This document shows positions 27,169 to 38,684 of a DNA stretch of 64,000 nucleotides, one piece after another; positions within the stretch are counted from its first letter, which is position 1, and every line of letters begins with the position of its first letter. The translations under genes and the position numbers were made by a program. Origin of the DNA: Mytilus californianus (Eukaryota); the NCBI RefSeq assembly GCF_021869535.1, contig NW_026262701.1, positions 98,394,001 through 98,458,000 on the forward strand. Reading direction: 5' to 3'. A model generated the notes under the pieces. That model was not told the origin of the DNA, did not search any database, and was given only the letters and a program-made list of their open reading frames with translations.

Positions 27169-27739
27169 ATGCTGTGGGAAGGTGTCACAGAAAAATATTA
27201 AAATAGCCTTCCAAGACGTGTAATTATTTTGACTCAATATATTCTGATTTGTCTGTACAAAGATGTGATATTATATAATAAAATTTCCTAACTTGGCAAA
27301 TGATCAAAAAAATATCAGGAATAAAAGCTTATACTATATAGTACAAACATGTACCAGCCTAGCTTGCCATCAGTTGATTGTCAGTTACATGTTGCAACAT
27401 GTTATCTGCATAGTATTACAGTGAATATTAAATATATAACACACAATTCACTTCATTCAACATCAGAAAGTCTTGTTACATAAAACCTCATTTAAACAGA
27501 GAACTGCTTATGTCATCTATATTTTTATTTTCAATCTGTATAAAACGTGATAAAAGAGAGAAAAAGATGGTGTCCAATGTAAACAACTGGTTTCTAATGT
27601 GAGTGTGGCATATTTAAGACAGGTTTCAATGCTTAAGTTTGACGTACTGTTAGGTTAAATCTTCAAAGATAAATCCTCGGCATTTAAGCACAAAGAATTA
27701 TTTGGAGAATAAAAATAATCAACTTCTAGTGCTTTGCTT

Positions 27740-27800
27740 TTTTTCTCAAAATCCAAACATTCCACGGACATGCGCACTAAACCGGAAGAGCTATGTAGCT
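27740..27800 (-). promoter_or_regulatory. Candidate RPGRIP1L core promoter
   Basis: GC/CpG-bearing patch catgcgcactaaaccggaag (NRF1-like and ETS-like motifs) 3 kb upstream of the ATG exon. That exon has an acceptor at 24807-24808, so a non-coding first exon is expected; possible donor aca|gtacgt at 27648/27647. Confidence 0.35.
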
Positions 27801-28310
27801 ACAGTAAAATGTTAATTCGATATTTATTTCTAATTATATAGTGTTCATTAACTTCAAAAGGACAACCATTTCAAAGAAAAACAAAAAAGGACATAGTATA
27901 CAGCCATCGGTGGTTTAAAATTAGTTAATAAATCTCTGAAAAAGGTGATATGGTTGAGATTAAACCCCACTTACTTTGGACCTAACTGACATGATTTTGA
28001 TATGTTTTGTGTACAAACATCATCACCCACTAATAGTCTTCATATACAGTAAGAACTGGTAAGGATAAATAAATATCAGAAACTGATATTGTTTAAATAT
28101 GTCTTTACAGATGATTATTGTATCCGTAGTAATTCATTCCTAATATGAGGAAGGCGCTACCTTGAATGCCAGCTTACCAAGACTATGTCCTACATATTGA
28201 TTGATTGTTGGTTTGCTTAACGTCCAGTGGCAAATATGTCATGCATGTTCAGGACGAATGTTATAGTTTTTGTCTAAAATAAAATAATAAGTTCAGATGG
28301 AAACTGTTAA

Positions 28311-28581
28311 GGGAACGATCATTGAACTTCAAAAGGCAGAAAGGAGTATGTTTTTTTTTTTCTTCAAAAATATTCTGATTCCCAAATTGATGAAAAAAAA
28401 AATTCTAATCAAGCAGAGGACAAAAAAAATATTCTGAATCCAGATTATCCCCATACCTTCTAGTGTTATTTTTTGACCAAGTAATTTTGATTGATAGCAT
28501 TGAAGCCCTTTGCGTGAAAAAAAATCTTAACTCAAACAAAAAATCATACCCCCGCCCTTTTGAAGCTAAATGGTTGCACCC
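28311..28581. mobile_element. Tourist/PIF-Harbinger-like MITE
   Basis: taa|gggaacgatcatt ... aatggttgcaccc|tta; TWA flanks, imperfect TIR. Confidence 0.55.
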
Positions 28582-31500
28582 TTATTGTCCATATTGTTTT
28601 CTGCTGAAAATAAATTTATTGGTGATTTATCTAAAAAACAATGCTTAAATTCATTATCTTGTGCCATTTTAAATCCATTTTTCTTTCTTCGCAAATTTTA
28701 CAAAATCTAAAACAATAAGACATTTGTTTAATTTCAAAACTATTAATACTGTTATACAATCCATAACTTTATTAAATTAATTTTTTGTTGGTTTTCATGA
28801 AAAGTTGGAGGATTTGGAATATCTTTTTCATCAATATCTAAAAGTTGTAGCTGTTTTTTTTTTTATTTAGTATTGCAAACAACACTTTCTCTTTGTTGAA
28901 TTATTTTTACTTTCTAAATTAGCTGGATGTTTATATTGTATTCCCAGTTTCCTGCATCTCATATATATGTGATCAGCAAGAGGATCATTTTGATTGTTAA
29001 AAGAAGAGTTTGAATTTACAGTGAGCCTGTTTAGAATAATGATTTGATCAGGGTTTTCATTTTGATCTAAGCATAAGGAACCATAAATAGGATTGTTAAG
29101 TTGATAATCTAAAGATTTTGCTATTTTCTAGGATGCTATTTAAAATTTGAGGGGAGAACACTGCTCAGCAGTATAAATGTATTCCTGATCATCTTCTGTT
29201 TGTGGGTTTCTACATCAATTTCATGTACTAATTCAGAGTCAGTTTTATGTCATTTTTGCATTTTGTTTTATTAGCTTACTTTTCAAGTTTTTATACTACA
29301 GCAAAATAAAATTCAGAATGGAAATGGGGAATAAGTAAAAAATTTGCTTTCCAGTAATGCAATCATGTCGCTGTTGTTGTCCGAAGACACATTTGGTTTC
29401 CGGACAATAACTTTAGTTTAAGTATCTCTATGACAATGGATGAAATTGTACCAGAAGGTTCAACTTCAATACACAAAAGGAAGGTTAGAATTGATTTTGG
29501 GGGTTATCATATGGTACCAACAGTTTAGGAGTCAGTGGTCAAAAACAACATTTTTGGGTTCTTTTTCCATAATTTTGGGTTTTTTTCTCCAAAAATTTAC
29601 CATTTTTACATTGATTATTTCTCATTTATATATAAATGCAACAAATACTGATATGACAGGAGATACACACGAAACAGGGTGTGTAAAATATTTTATCGGT
29701 AATTTGTGCATTTTTCATTTGATGTGTACTTCTTGATAATGTTGACGTCAGTATCAGTGAACTGGTCATGATAAAGAAAATATATTGGGTCAGTTCGAAA
29801 TTGACATGTGCGAGTGCACGGCAAAAGGATCTTCTTTCCCTTTAATTCACAAAATTGTACATGATTTTTTTCGCAGAAACGCACAAGTTATTTCATGAAT
29901 GAAACACTTGTCATTGTTTGAAACTTTCAGTAATAAAAAGTTAGTTTAGCTTTTTTGAACGATTCACTGATTGTGTGAAAATTTAAACAGAAAATGTACG
30001 ATAAACCTGATAAAATTGCGTTATCTGCAGAATTATCGATAGCTTTCCTTACTATTCACAAGGACATATAACTAACATGTTACTTGGATGGAGAGTTGTC
30101 TCATTGGCACTCAGACCACATCTTCCTATATCTATAGTCTGGCATGGCTGGTGCTGTTCCAAGTTGTCTTCTTTCTCTGCATATTTCTTGAGAAGTATTT
30201 GTTTGACCTGGTCAGTCACTATAAAGTGTTACAATTTATATTTAGACGCAACACGTAAATAGTGACCAAAAAGGTACCGCTTTCACATGTATGACATGAG
30301 AGAATCTAGAAAAAAAATTAAATGTACACATAATTTTTCAACATTTTTGTGGGACTATCACATAAAATTAAGGAGATATGTAGTTGGAGACTGCTGCTGA
30401 ATAGAAATGTTCGGGCTCACCTGATACCTGTTTTCAAATTAGTCCATATTAAAGTTTGAAGAGTCCAAAATTAAAATATGTTTGATTTCAACTGACAAAA
30501 AATTTGGTGTTTTTTATATGCTAAATCTACATCTGCGGTTGTATTATGCTGTGCTTGGCGAAGCATTTTATTGCTTTTTTGTTTGTACTTTATTTTATTT
30601 TGTTCATGAAAATTAACTTGTAGTTGTGAAGTTGCTTACATTTTAAAAGATGATAATTAGATAACTTCGCATGGTGACAACACTGACGTTTTCGTAGATT
30701 TACTTTTTTCCGGGAATGCTTCATCTGTTGATATATTCTCATTGTGAACGATTTGTGTATATTTAAATATATTAACCAAAGTTAAAAGACATGTATAATG
30801 TCAAATCATAACAATACAAATTGTTTAGTCTCAAAGAAAACTTGTAAGATTTCCGCAGTTATTTTTGTTGAATAGGTGCAAATTGGGAACTGTGACGTTA
30901 TAGCCATAAGTATTTATTGCTTGAATAGTTTGAAATGTGCACCTGATAAAAGTATTCAGTAGAGGGAAAATGTTTTGATCAGGTTTAAACTGACGCATGA
31001 AATATACAGGCGACTGCGGGAGGCAATTATTTATAAGGCATCCAAATAATGTGTCGGCAGCTTGATTTCAAAGGATGTAGCCCACATACTTCCAAGTAAC
31101 ATGCTCTATACCTATTAAAAGTCATGGTATTATCATGGGTTATCATAACTCCATCTTCCCATAAAATCCTATTTTGGACAATATGGGTGCATACAATATA
31201 TATGTACCTTTAAACATGATAAATGTATCACTCAGACTCAAGTCTCCTTTTACAGCTGTTTTATGATTAAACTTAGAGAGTGAAAAAAAAACAGTCTCCA
31301 TCTCCTGGGACTGTTTAAGGTAGATATGTGTCATAATTAATGACAAGATTTGTTGAGAGTTTGTCAAAGGAAGTACAGTCTACAGATAGTGAATTTGAAT
31401 ATATATTTTTTGTTGAAAACTTTTGTTAAATTAAGTTTTGAATTTCACCTGCATTTGTCTGTGAGCTACAGGAATAACCGTGATCACATTCAACAGTATA

Positions 31501-32399
31501 ACCAACTTCATTATCACTGTAACTTGATATGGGAAATTCTGTAGCAGATGAATAATAGTAGTGACTAGTCATTGTCAACCAGAGGTAGAGCACCAGATTT
31601 TACTACCTCCGGCTAAGTTTCTCCCGAAATTTATTGCTTGCAGAGGGTTTTTCTATGTTCCCATGGCTGGACGGAACTTTTACACAACAAATGTTATCAT
31701 AAATTATGATATTGTAACTTTTAAATGGAGTACCTGTGGTTATTTAGGAAATTTGTCACTGATAATGGAAAGATGAAGCAGACGATAAAACATGGCGTAA
31801 GTTGTTGTTGTCCAAACTTCGGTTATTTCCGTGGTACAATAAAATTAAAATAAACTACACAAGTTACTAAAATTTCTAAATCTTGTTTTTGTAAACAAAT
31901 AAAAATTCATGTCGTATTTAAAATCGAGTTATTCCGTTTTGTCCCGTTTTTTCAAGATCGCGATTAAACGAGAATCTGGCAGCCATTAAAAATATAAGGG
32001 TAAACTACAAACTCCGAAACAGTGGTGACATCTGGCTACGCTTCTTTAATTTCGTTTTCATTATTTGAAGAATTGACTTTATATTTGGAGCCAAGCAAGA
32101 ATACAATATTAATTTAAAAAATATAAGGAAAAAAAAGAAAAAAAATATTTTTAAGAGTTACTTAGACAACTTGACTTAATCAGAGACGTATAATACGTTG
32201 TATTATATGTCTCTGACTTAATCAACTTCGAAATTTAAAAAAAAAATCGTACGAGATTTAACGAGAGTGACGAAACTTTTTAGATTGGTCATGTAGAGAG
32301 AGTTATCGTTCTTTATTCCAATTCGATGCTTCTACCATAAGTGCCAGCTAAAGCTGGCATATCAAATATAATGAACTTCAGAATTGAAGACCTTTCAGG

Positions 32400-33335
32400 A
32401 TTCTTATACCTCAGATCACTGTCAAATGACCGTACACATTTTTTGTAGTAACTTTAGTAAATTGGGTCCTTTCTAACAGGATATATGCAATCTTCGAAAA
32501 TTGCCATCAGCATTAAGATGGTCTTTAATACGAGAACAAAAATTTATTGAATTCTTAAATCATGATAGTTTTGAATAATGTTTACACAAAAACCGAAAAC
32601 GGCTATAGTAGCGATTGAGAATACTGATGATAGGACAGCAGAAGTGGATGACGTGGTATCTGATTTAATAGTTTATAAGAGAGCAGCAACCTTAGATAGC
32701 AAATTTGAATCAAAATTTTATAATGAACAAAAACGGAGGAACAGTTCGATAAAAACATGGGATGACCAAGACCGTACGTGATGCTAAATATAGCCGTTAG
32801 TTTTCTCGTTTGAATTGTTTTACATTTGTCATTTCGGGGCCTTTTATAGCTGACTATGCGGTATGGGTTTTGCTCATTGTTAAAGGCCGGACGGTGACAT
32901 ATAGTTGTTAATTTCTGTGTCATTTGGCCCATTGTGGAGAGTTGTCTCATTGGCAATCATACCACATCTTCTTTTTTATATATCAGTATAAGCTTTCGGT
33001 AGAACTTAGGTAAAAATCCTTTGGAATCTAGGTTGAGAGTAAAAAAAAAACAAAGATAAAAAACTTCAACAAGTTTGTACGCAAAAAAATCGGATTTTAA
33101 AAACGAAATGCAAAAGAAATACACTTGACCTATCTGAGAAAAATCCTTTGGAGTTTTGGAAATCTGTAAACTAATTGAAAGACAACGCGAAGGAAGACCC
33201 TAGCTCCAACATTTCACATGATGAACATTTAAATGAACTTGTTGATAAGTTTGACTACAAATGTGATCCTGCATGGCTAGATGATAAACAAATGTCTTGT
33301 CTTTTTTATGCAGACGATTTAGTGGTTTTATTTAG
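32400..33335 (+). mobile_element. Decayed CR1/L2-type LINE fragment, internally deleted and interrupted by a short repeat (~32785-32985)
   Basis: NPLEFWKSV and CDPAWLDDKQMSCLFYADDLVVL (RT YADD motif) with stops and frameshifts. Confidence 0.6.
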
Positions 33336-34194
33336 TGTTGAAAGGAGAAGGTACGTTTTTTCCAATGATTTGCTTGTTATGAGGTTGATTCCAGTGTTGT
33401 ATAGCCTGGAAGCTTACTATCAGCTTTGTTGTCAATTCATTTTTCTGATTTTGGTAGCTGCTGTTTTTGTGTTGCATGCTTGGTTTAGCGCAGTAGAGCT
33501 ATGACTTTTGCCTTTTTGCAACGGTGAATTGGGTATACTAGAGTTTCCACTATTGCTACCCTACAATCTTCAAATTGTTTTATCAATTATATGCATTTAC
33601 GACAGATTAAAAGCCTTTACTTCGTTTTTCATTAACAAGCAAAAACGGAACAATTAGTGTATCATAAAAATTAAAATAGCAAAAATACCGAATTCCAAGG
33701 AAAATCAAAACGGAAAGTCCCTTATCAAATGGCAAAATCAAAAGCTCGAACACATAAAACGAGTGGAAAACAACTATCATATTCCTGGCTTGGTACAGGA
33801 ATTTTCTTATGTAGAAAATGATGGAGTAAACCTTGTTTTATAGCTAGCTAAACCTCTCACTTGTATGACAGTCGAATAGAATTCCATTAAATTGACAACA
33901 ATGTGTGAGTAAAAAAAATAGACATAATGAGTAAAATTGTCAAGCATTTGAGTACAGCAGTCAACATTGTGTTATAATCTTAATCACTATAAAAAACAAA
34001 GAACTACTTCATGTTTCCAACGGTTAAGTAGCAATTTGTTTTGGTTATTTTTGCAGGATTTTCCAAAAACATATAATTTTGAACTTCAAAAATGATGGCG
34101 GCCGTTTACAACGACAGTTGGGATCTCCATTCATAATTCATAAAGAAAGCCATACATGTAGCATTGTTGTATTAGCTTTTACTTTCTAGATTTC

Positions 34195-34600
34195 AATGAT
34201 AGGGATTGTTGCTCACAGGGAAGGTTTGGAACCAAAAGTTCTTAATGGTAAATTTGAAGTCATCCTATCGAATGTTTTATGAACGGCATACTGAGTTGCT
34301 CAGTGGATCGTTATGAAATTTCTGTGTAACAGATGTCCATATATATGTTCCAATTCTTGTTGACACAATCACCTCATTTTGGAAATCACCGAATTTGTGA
34401 ACTCTGACGGGCGCCACTTTACGAATAGGATCTACGTACCCTTCCGGAGCACCCACGATCACCCTCGGTTTTAAATGGGGTCTCTGGTTTTGGCGTTGTG
34501 ATTTGTAGACGGTTGTTTGTCTTTTAGTCTTTTTTTCTTGGTGTTGTCGGTTTCTCCGGCTTTTATTGATGAATTTTGATTGTCCTTTGATATCTTTTGC
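34195..34600 (+). mobile_element. 3' fragment of a Penelope-like RT element (last codons + 3' UTR)
   Basis: DRGLLLTGKVWNQKFLMVNLKSSYRMFYERH-like translation followed by ccttccggagcacc; related UTR pieces at ~37190-37320 (minus) and ~38035-38140. Confidence 0.55.
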
Positions 34601-35872
34601 CTCTCTTATAATAGAAATAAGAAGATGCCCTTTATAGATTAAGAAAAACATACTTTTTATTTCTTTATTTTTAACCCTCTGTTTTAAGTACCAGTGATAC
34701 ATTTCTGATGGAGATTGTACTTCACCAAATTCATTAGTCTTTCATTTAAATATCCGAAGCTATTTACCCATTACGTAATTTCTCCAGGACGTTGAACACG
34801 ATTTACGTTGATTTTTTTTACTATTCTCACACTAACCCGATTAAACAAGTGAGATACTACGAAACTAAATGATCGCAACTTTCAAGGTACTTCTTTGTCT
34901 CTCCACTTTGAAACCATTCGATGTTTACAACTAGGAACAATCCACGGATATTTTTTTATGCACAACATTTGGTTAAGATTAGGAAGATTCCCAAGCATAT
35001 GTCTGTGGAAAAGATTTATTTATACACAATTCTTCATCTTTCCAAAATATTGAACTAATTGACATATTGTAGAGGCACCTGTCAATTGATTCCATATTTG
35101 TATTGTTGGGTTGTTGTCATCAGAAATCCATTTATCTCGAAAATCAAAAAGATCCATTTTATATCAATTGAATAAGAAATTTTAGAAGAAATATAAAAGG
35201 ATAATTACGAACGTTCCAAGTCAAGATGAATAAAGGAAACCACTCTTTTGGGACCCTTTGAAATGCTCGGAAATGAAAATAACACTTTATAAGTTCGTGC
35301 GTCCGAAGCGCTTTTCTGAATTTACTCACAAGCCAAACCATTTGAAAGCCAAAGATGAGTTCTTCTTCGAACATGTTGGCCTAAATTTTCATAAACAATC
35401 ACAATCTTCCTTTAACCTTTGCGTAAAAATCAGAACAACATATGAGGGTCTTGATTTGGTTTACAGAATAGAGAATAATCGAGTGCTAAAATATAAAGAA
35501 CAGAGAATAATCGGTAAAAAATAAAGATAGAGAAAAATGTCCTAAAATATGAAAGATGACAGAAATAAACACCCTTCTATTCCGACAGCGACACAATCAA
35601 AATATTTGTATACGACTGCAAATGTGGATGTTCATCGGTCGTCAAACTGTCTATATCACTCTGCTCAGCTCTTAATTGAATTGCATATCACAGCTTAGTG
35701 ACGTCAAATACGTTGACCCGGCCTTAAAAAATTTGACCCGGACATATCAGAGACGTCATAATGTTTGAACCGACGGATAAGTTTGACCCGAACTTATCAA
35801 GTCATCTTCCGGTTTGCTGCATGGTGAAACAAAGAAAACACTTCCAAAGGACGCAAATACAGCCCGATAAAT

Positions 35873-36035
35873 CGATTATCAGGTAATCTGCATATTGATA
35901 TTGTAAAATATCAACTGCTCGACACAATATGAAGGCTTTTTGATCTCGTTCGCTGCGCTCACTCAACAATAAGCTTCATATTGTGACTCGAAGCTGATAT
36001 TTTACAATATCAATATGCAGACAACCTGATAATCG
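35873..36035. mobile_element. Fold-back (long hairpin) MITE
   Basis: cgattatcagg...tgcatattgatattgtaaaatatca / tgatattttacaatatcaatatgca...cctgataatcg arms; loop contains ttcgctgcgctc. Confidence 0.8.
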
Positions 36036-36234
36036 GTACATAAAAGGTAACGATTTTCATTTATTTGTCGTATTTTCCTTTAATCACAATCATGTTTATA
36101 TATATAATCTTGAATCTTTAACACGAATTAAAAAAACACAGATTCACTCAAAAAGTAAATTAGCAGTAAATATCAAAACGCTATTCATATTATTGGGAAC
36201 TGTGTTAATAAAATACATGAATCCCTGAAATTCT

Positions 36235-36565
36235 TCCGTACGACAGAAGGGGATATACACATCAACGTCTGGTCGGAATTGGGACTTGAAATCCGAGGCA
36301 CCATGATGGACTAGTACCACGCTCTCTGAACGTTAAAGAAATCTTGCAATAACTCTCATAGGGGTCCGTAGTTGGCCTCTAAAGGCAAAAGGTCTTTCCC
36401 TATCAAACATACCACAATTTTCTGGTAGCAAGGTATAAATTTCCCGACCTTCATGCGGGTCGACCTTCCTGGCAGACTCTACCTATTGTATAAATTGTTA
36501 ATTTGTTCTCGTCCAGAATATCAATGTAACATTTGCCACTGGATGTCAAGCATGCGACAATCACA
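36235..36565 (+). mobile_element. SINE body, 5'-truncated (Meta/Deu-domain-like by recollection)
   Basis: Homologous to ~60150-60550; the shared tail ttctcgtcc..aatat..atg.aatatttgccactggacgttaagca also occurs inverted at ~2250-2310 and ~28195-28260. Confidence 0.55.
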
Positions 36566-36689
36566 CAATACACCAATACATCATTAGATCTTAACGATTG
36601 AATCTATACAAAAACAACTATTAAAAAACAAACAACAACAAAAAAAACCCGATAAAATACTAACTATAAGAATAAATCTAAGTGTACTA

Positions 36690-36990
36690 TACACAGGGAC
36701 AGGACAGGAGTTTTGTGTAAAAAAAAAAAAGGCAGGATGAACAACTTTGCAAAAAAAAAGGCAGGACAGGAGTTTTGAGTAAAAAAAAGGCAGGATGAGC
36801 AACTTTGCCAAAAAAAAAAGGCAGGATGACAATTTATGTAAAAAAAAGTCGGGATAAACTAATAAAAAAGAAATGCAGGACGGAAAAGAGTGAAAAATAA
36901 AAAGGCAGGACATAGATTACAACTAAAAAAAAATGCAGGACAAAATTTTTCATCATAGCCCCCCATAAAAATCAAATGGAAGCTCCCTAA
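36690..36990. repeat. A-rich ~30-bp degenerate tandem repeat (aaggcagga) ending in a Tourist-like terminus
   Basis: aaggcagga/atgcagga repeated about 8 times; end ccccccataaaaatcaaatggaagctccctaa resembles the terminus at 28560-28584. Confidence 0.6.
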
Positions 36991-37579
36991 ATATGAAACA
37001 CTTTCATAATCATGTGCAAACGACACGCATAACAAATTAATTTTAGATATATATATAAAGCCATCCTATAAGGTTTCGGATATATCAATTAAAAGAGAAG
37101 CAGAAGATACAAAGGGGATAATCAGAACTCATAAATTGAAGGGAAACAGACAAACACAAGACAAACAAGTACACAAAACACCACATACAAAACTATAAAG
37201 AGTCAGACTGAACAACACGAACTCCACCAAAAACTGGGAGAGACCTCCGTTTTTCCGGAAGGCTAAGCAGATTCTGCTCCAATTGTGGCACCCGTCATGT
37301 TGCTCAGGTACAAATTCGAGGATGTCTCATTCGGTAATTAACTTTGATATATATATTTGTTTTCCTGTGAATATTGCATGTAGTGGAAATCGACTAGCCA
37401 AAATTGCGACGGATAAACTAAACTATTGACAAAATATGTAAAACTCACAATTTTGTATGAAACACATTGGTCCTACCTCTTTCTCGTTAAACTACAAGTA
37501 TAAACGACAAATTCAATATAACAGATCATTGACAGACTCCAATATGTCAAAACTGGCGGACTGTTTTTTTTTTAAACGT

Positions 37580-38025
37580 TACGGTACTGGGTCGTGAGTT
37601 AACAAGTGCATAAGTATCGGATGAGAAGTGAGTAGGTGCCTAAAGTACTGAGTCATGAAAAAATTAGGTACACGGAGTACTGGGTCGTGAGTAGGTGCAT
37701 GGAGTATTTGGTCGGAAATGAGTAGGTGCCTTGTGTACTGGTTCGTGAATGCGTAGGTGCTTAAAGTACTGGACTAGGTTTCACAAAGAAACGGCTTACG
37801 ACTAAGATTGATCGTAAGTATACCGAATTGTTCATAACTTACGATCAATCTAAGTTGTAAGTTTTTTTGTTAAAAGGAATCCTGGTTCTTGAGTGATAAG
37901 GTGCTGGGTCGAAAGTGGTAGGTGCCTGGAGTACTAGGTGGTGAGTGAGTAGGTACTTGGAGTGCAGGGCCGCGAGTAAGAAGGTGTCTGAAGTACTTGG
38001 TTGGAAGTGAGTAGATGACTGGAGT
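37580..38025. repeat. Degenerate ~34-bp tandem array with a nested palindromic MITE (~37773-37885)
   Basis: gtgagtaggtgc...agtactgg units; insert arms cttacgactaagattgatcgtaagt / acttacgatcaatctaagttgtaag. Confidence 0.65.
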
Positions 38026-38356
38026 ACTGATTAATGGAGATCACCCACAGTTTTTAGTGGGATTCTTGTTGCTCAGTCTTTAGTTTCCTATGTTGTGTTA
38101 TGTAGACTGTTGTCTGTCTTCGTCGTTTTTCGTTTTTGCCATGGTAATGCCCTTTTTTTTTAAATCAATTAAGCATGTCTCAGCACATCAATTGAATTAA
38201 TCGGTTTTGGATCTTTATATTTTTTTGTCATCTTAACATGCATTGAATATGTGTCCGGTTGTTTACAAGAATCAACGTAAAACCCTTTAAAACGACCATA
38301 ATTTGATTCCTTTAACAGTGACGTATACTACACAAAATTTTCGGTTTTATATCAAG

Positions 38357-38684
38357 TTATTGTAATGAATTAAATAGAATAGCTTTAAAGAACAGTATGT
38401 ATAGAATAATGGTACAATGATTATTTTTAGTAGCCACAGAAGAGATATCATCATTGGATATACAAACAGGAAGTTGTGTAGTAGATGGACGTGACGTAGT
38501 AGTTGTCGACGCATGCGCAGTAGTTTGTCCGACGTCGATCAATGGATACACTTCAGACCATAGTTTTACTGTGTCTGGCTTCAAGAAAACTTTCATCATT
38601 ATTTCAGCATTTAAATCTAGATATTCTCTTTCTTTTATATCGAATGGAATCCATACTACAGAATCCGTGTATCCGTTTGGTGAC
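38357..38684 (-). CDS. Carboxylesterase terminal exon: C-terminus of domain 3, Thr/Ser stalk, hydrophobic tail
   Basis: Acceptor ttttcttgtag|G; SPNGYTDSVVWIPFD...YLDLN...KLWSEVYP is homologous to the 5' part of exons 2/3; then QTTAHASTTTTSRPSTT and IILYILFFKAILF before the stop. Confidence 0.88.

Noticed and set aside
34760-35480. Possible decayed coding sequence on the minus strand (MDLFDFRDKWISDD..., YPWIVPSCKHRM...)
   Set aside because: Short open stretches in shifting frames with no motif I can recognise; needs a translated search.
36584-36913. 109-aa hydrophobic ORF, and similar ones at 4488-4685, 59188-59553 and 61848-62153
   Set aside because: Translations of T-rich low-complexity or repeat sequence.
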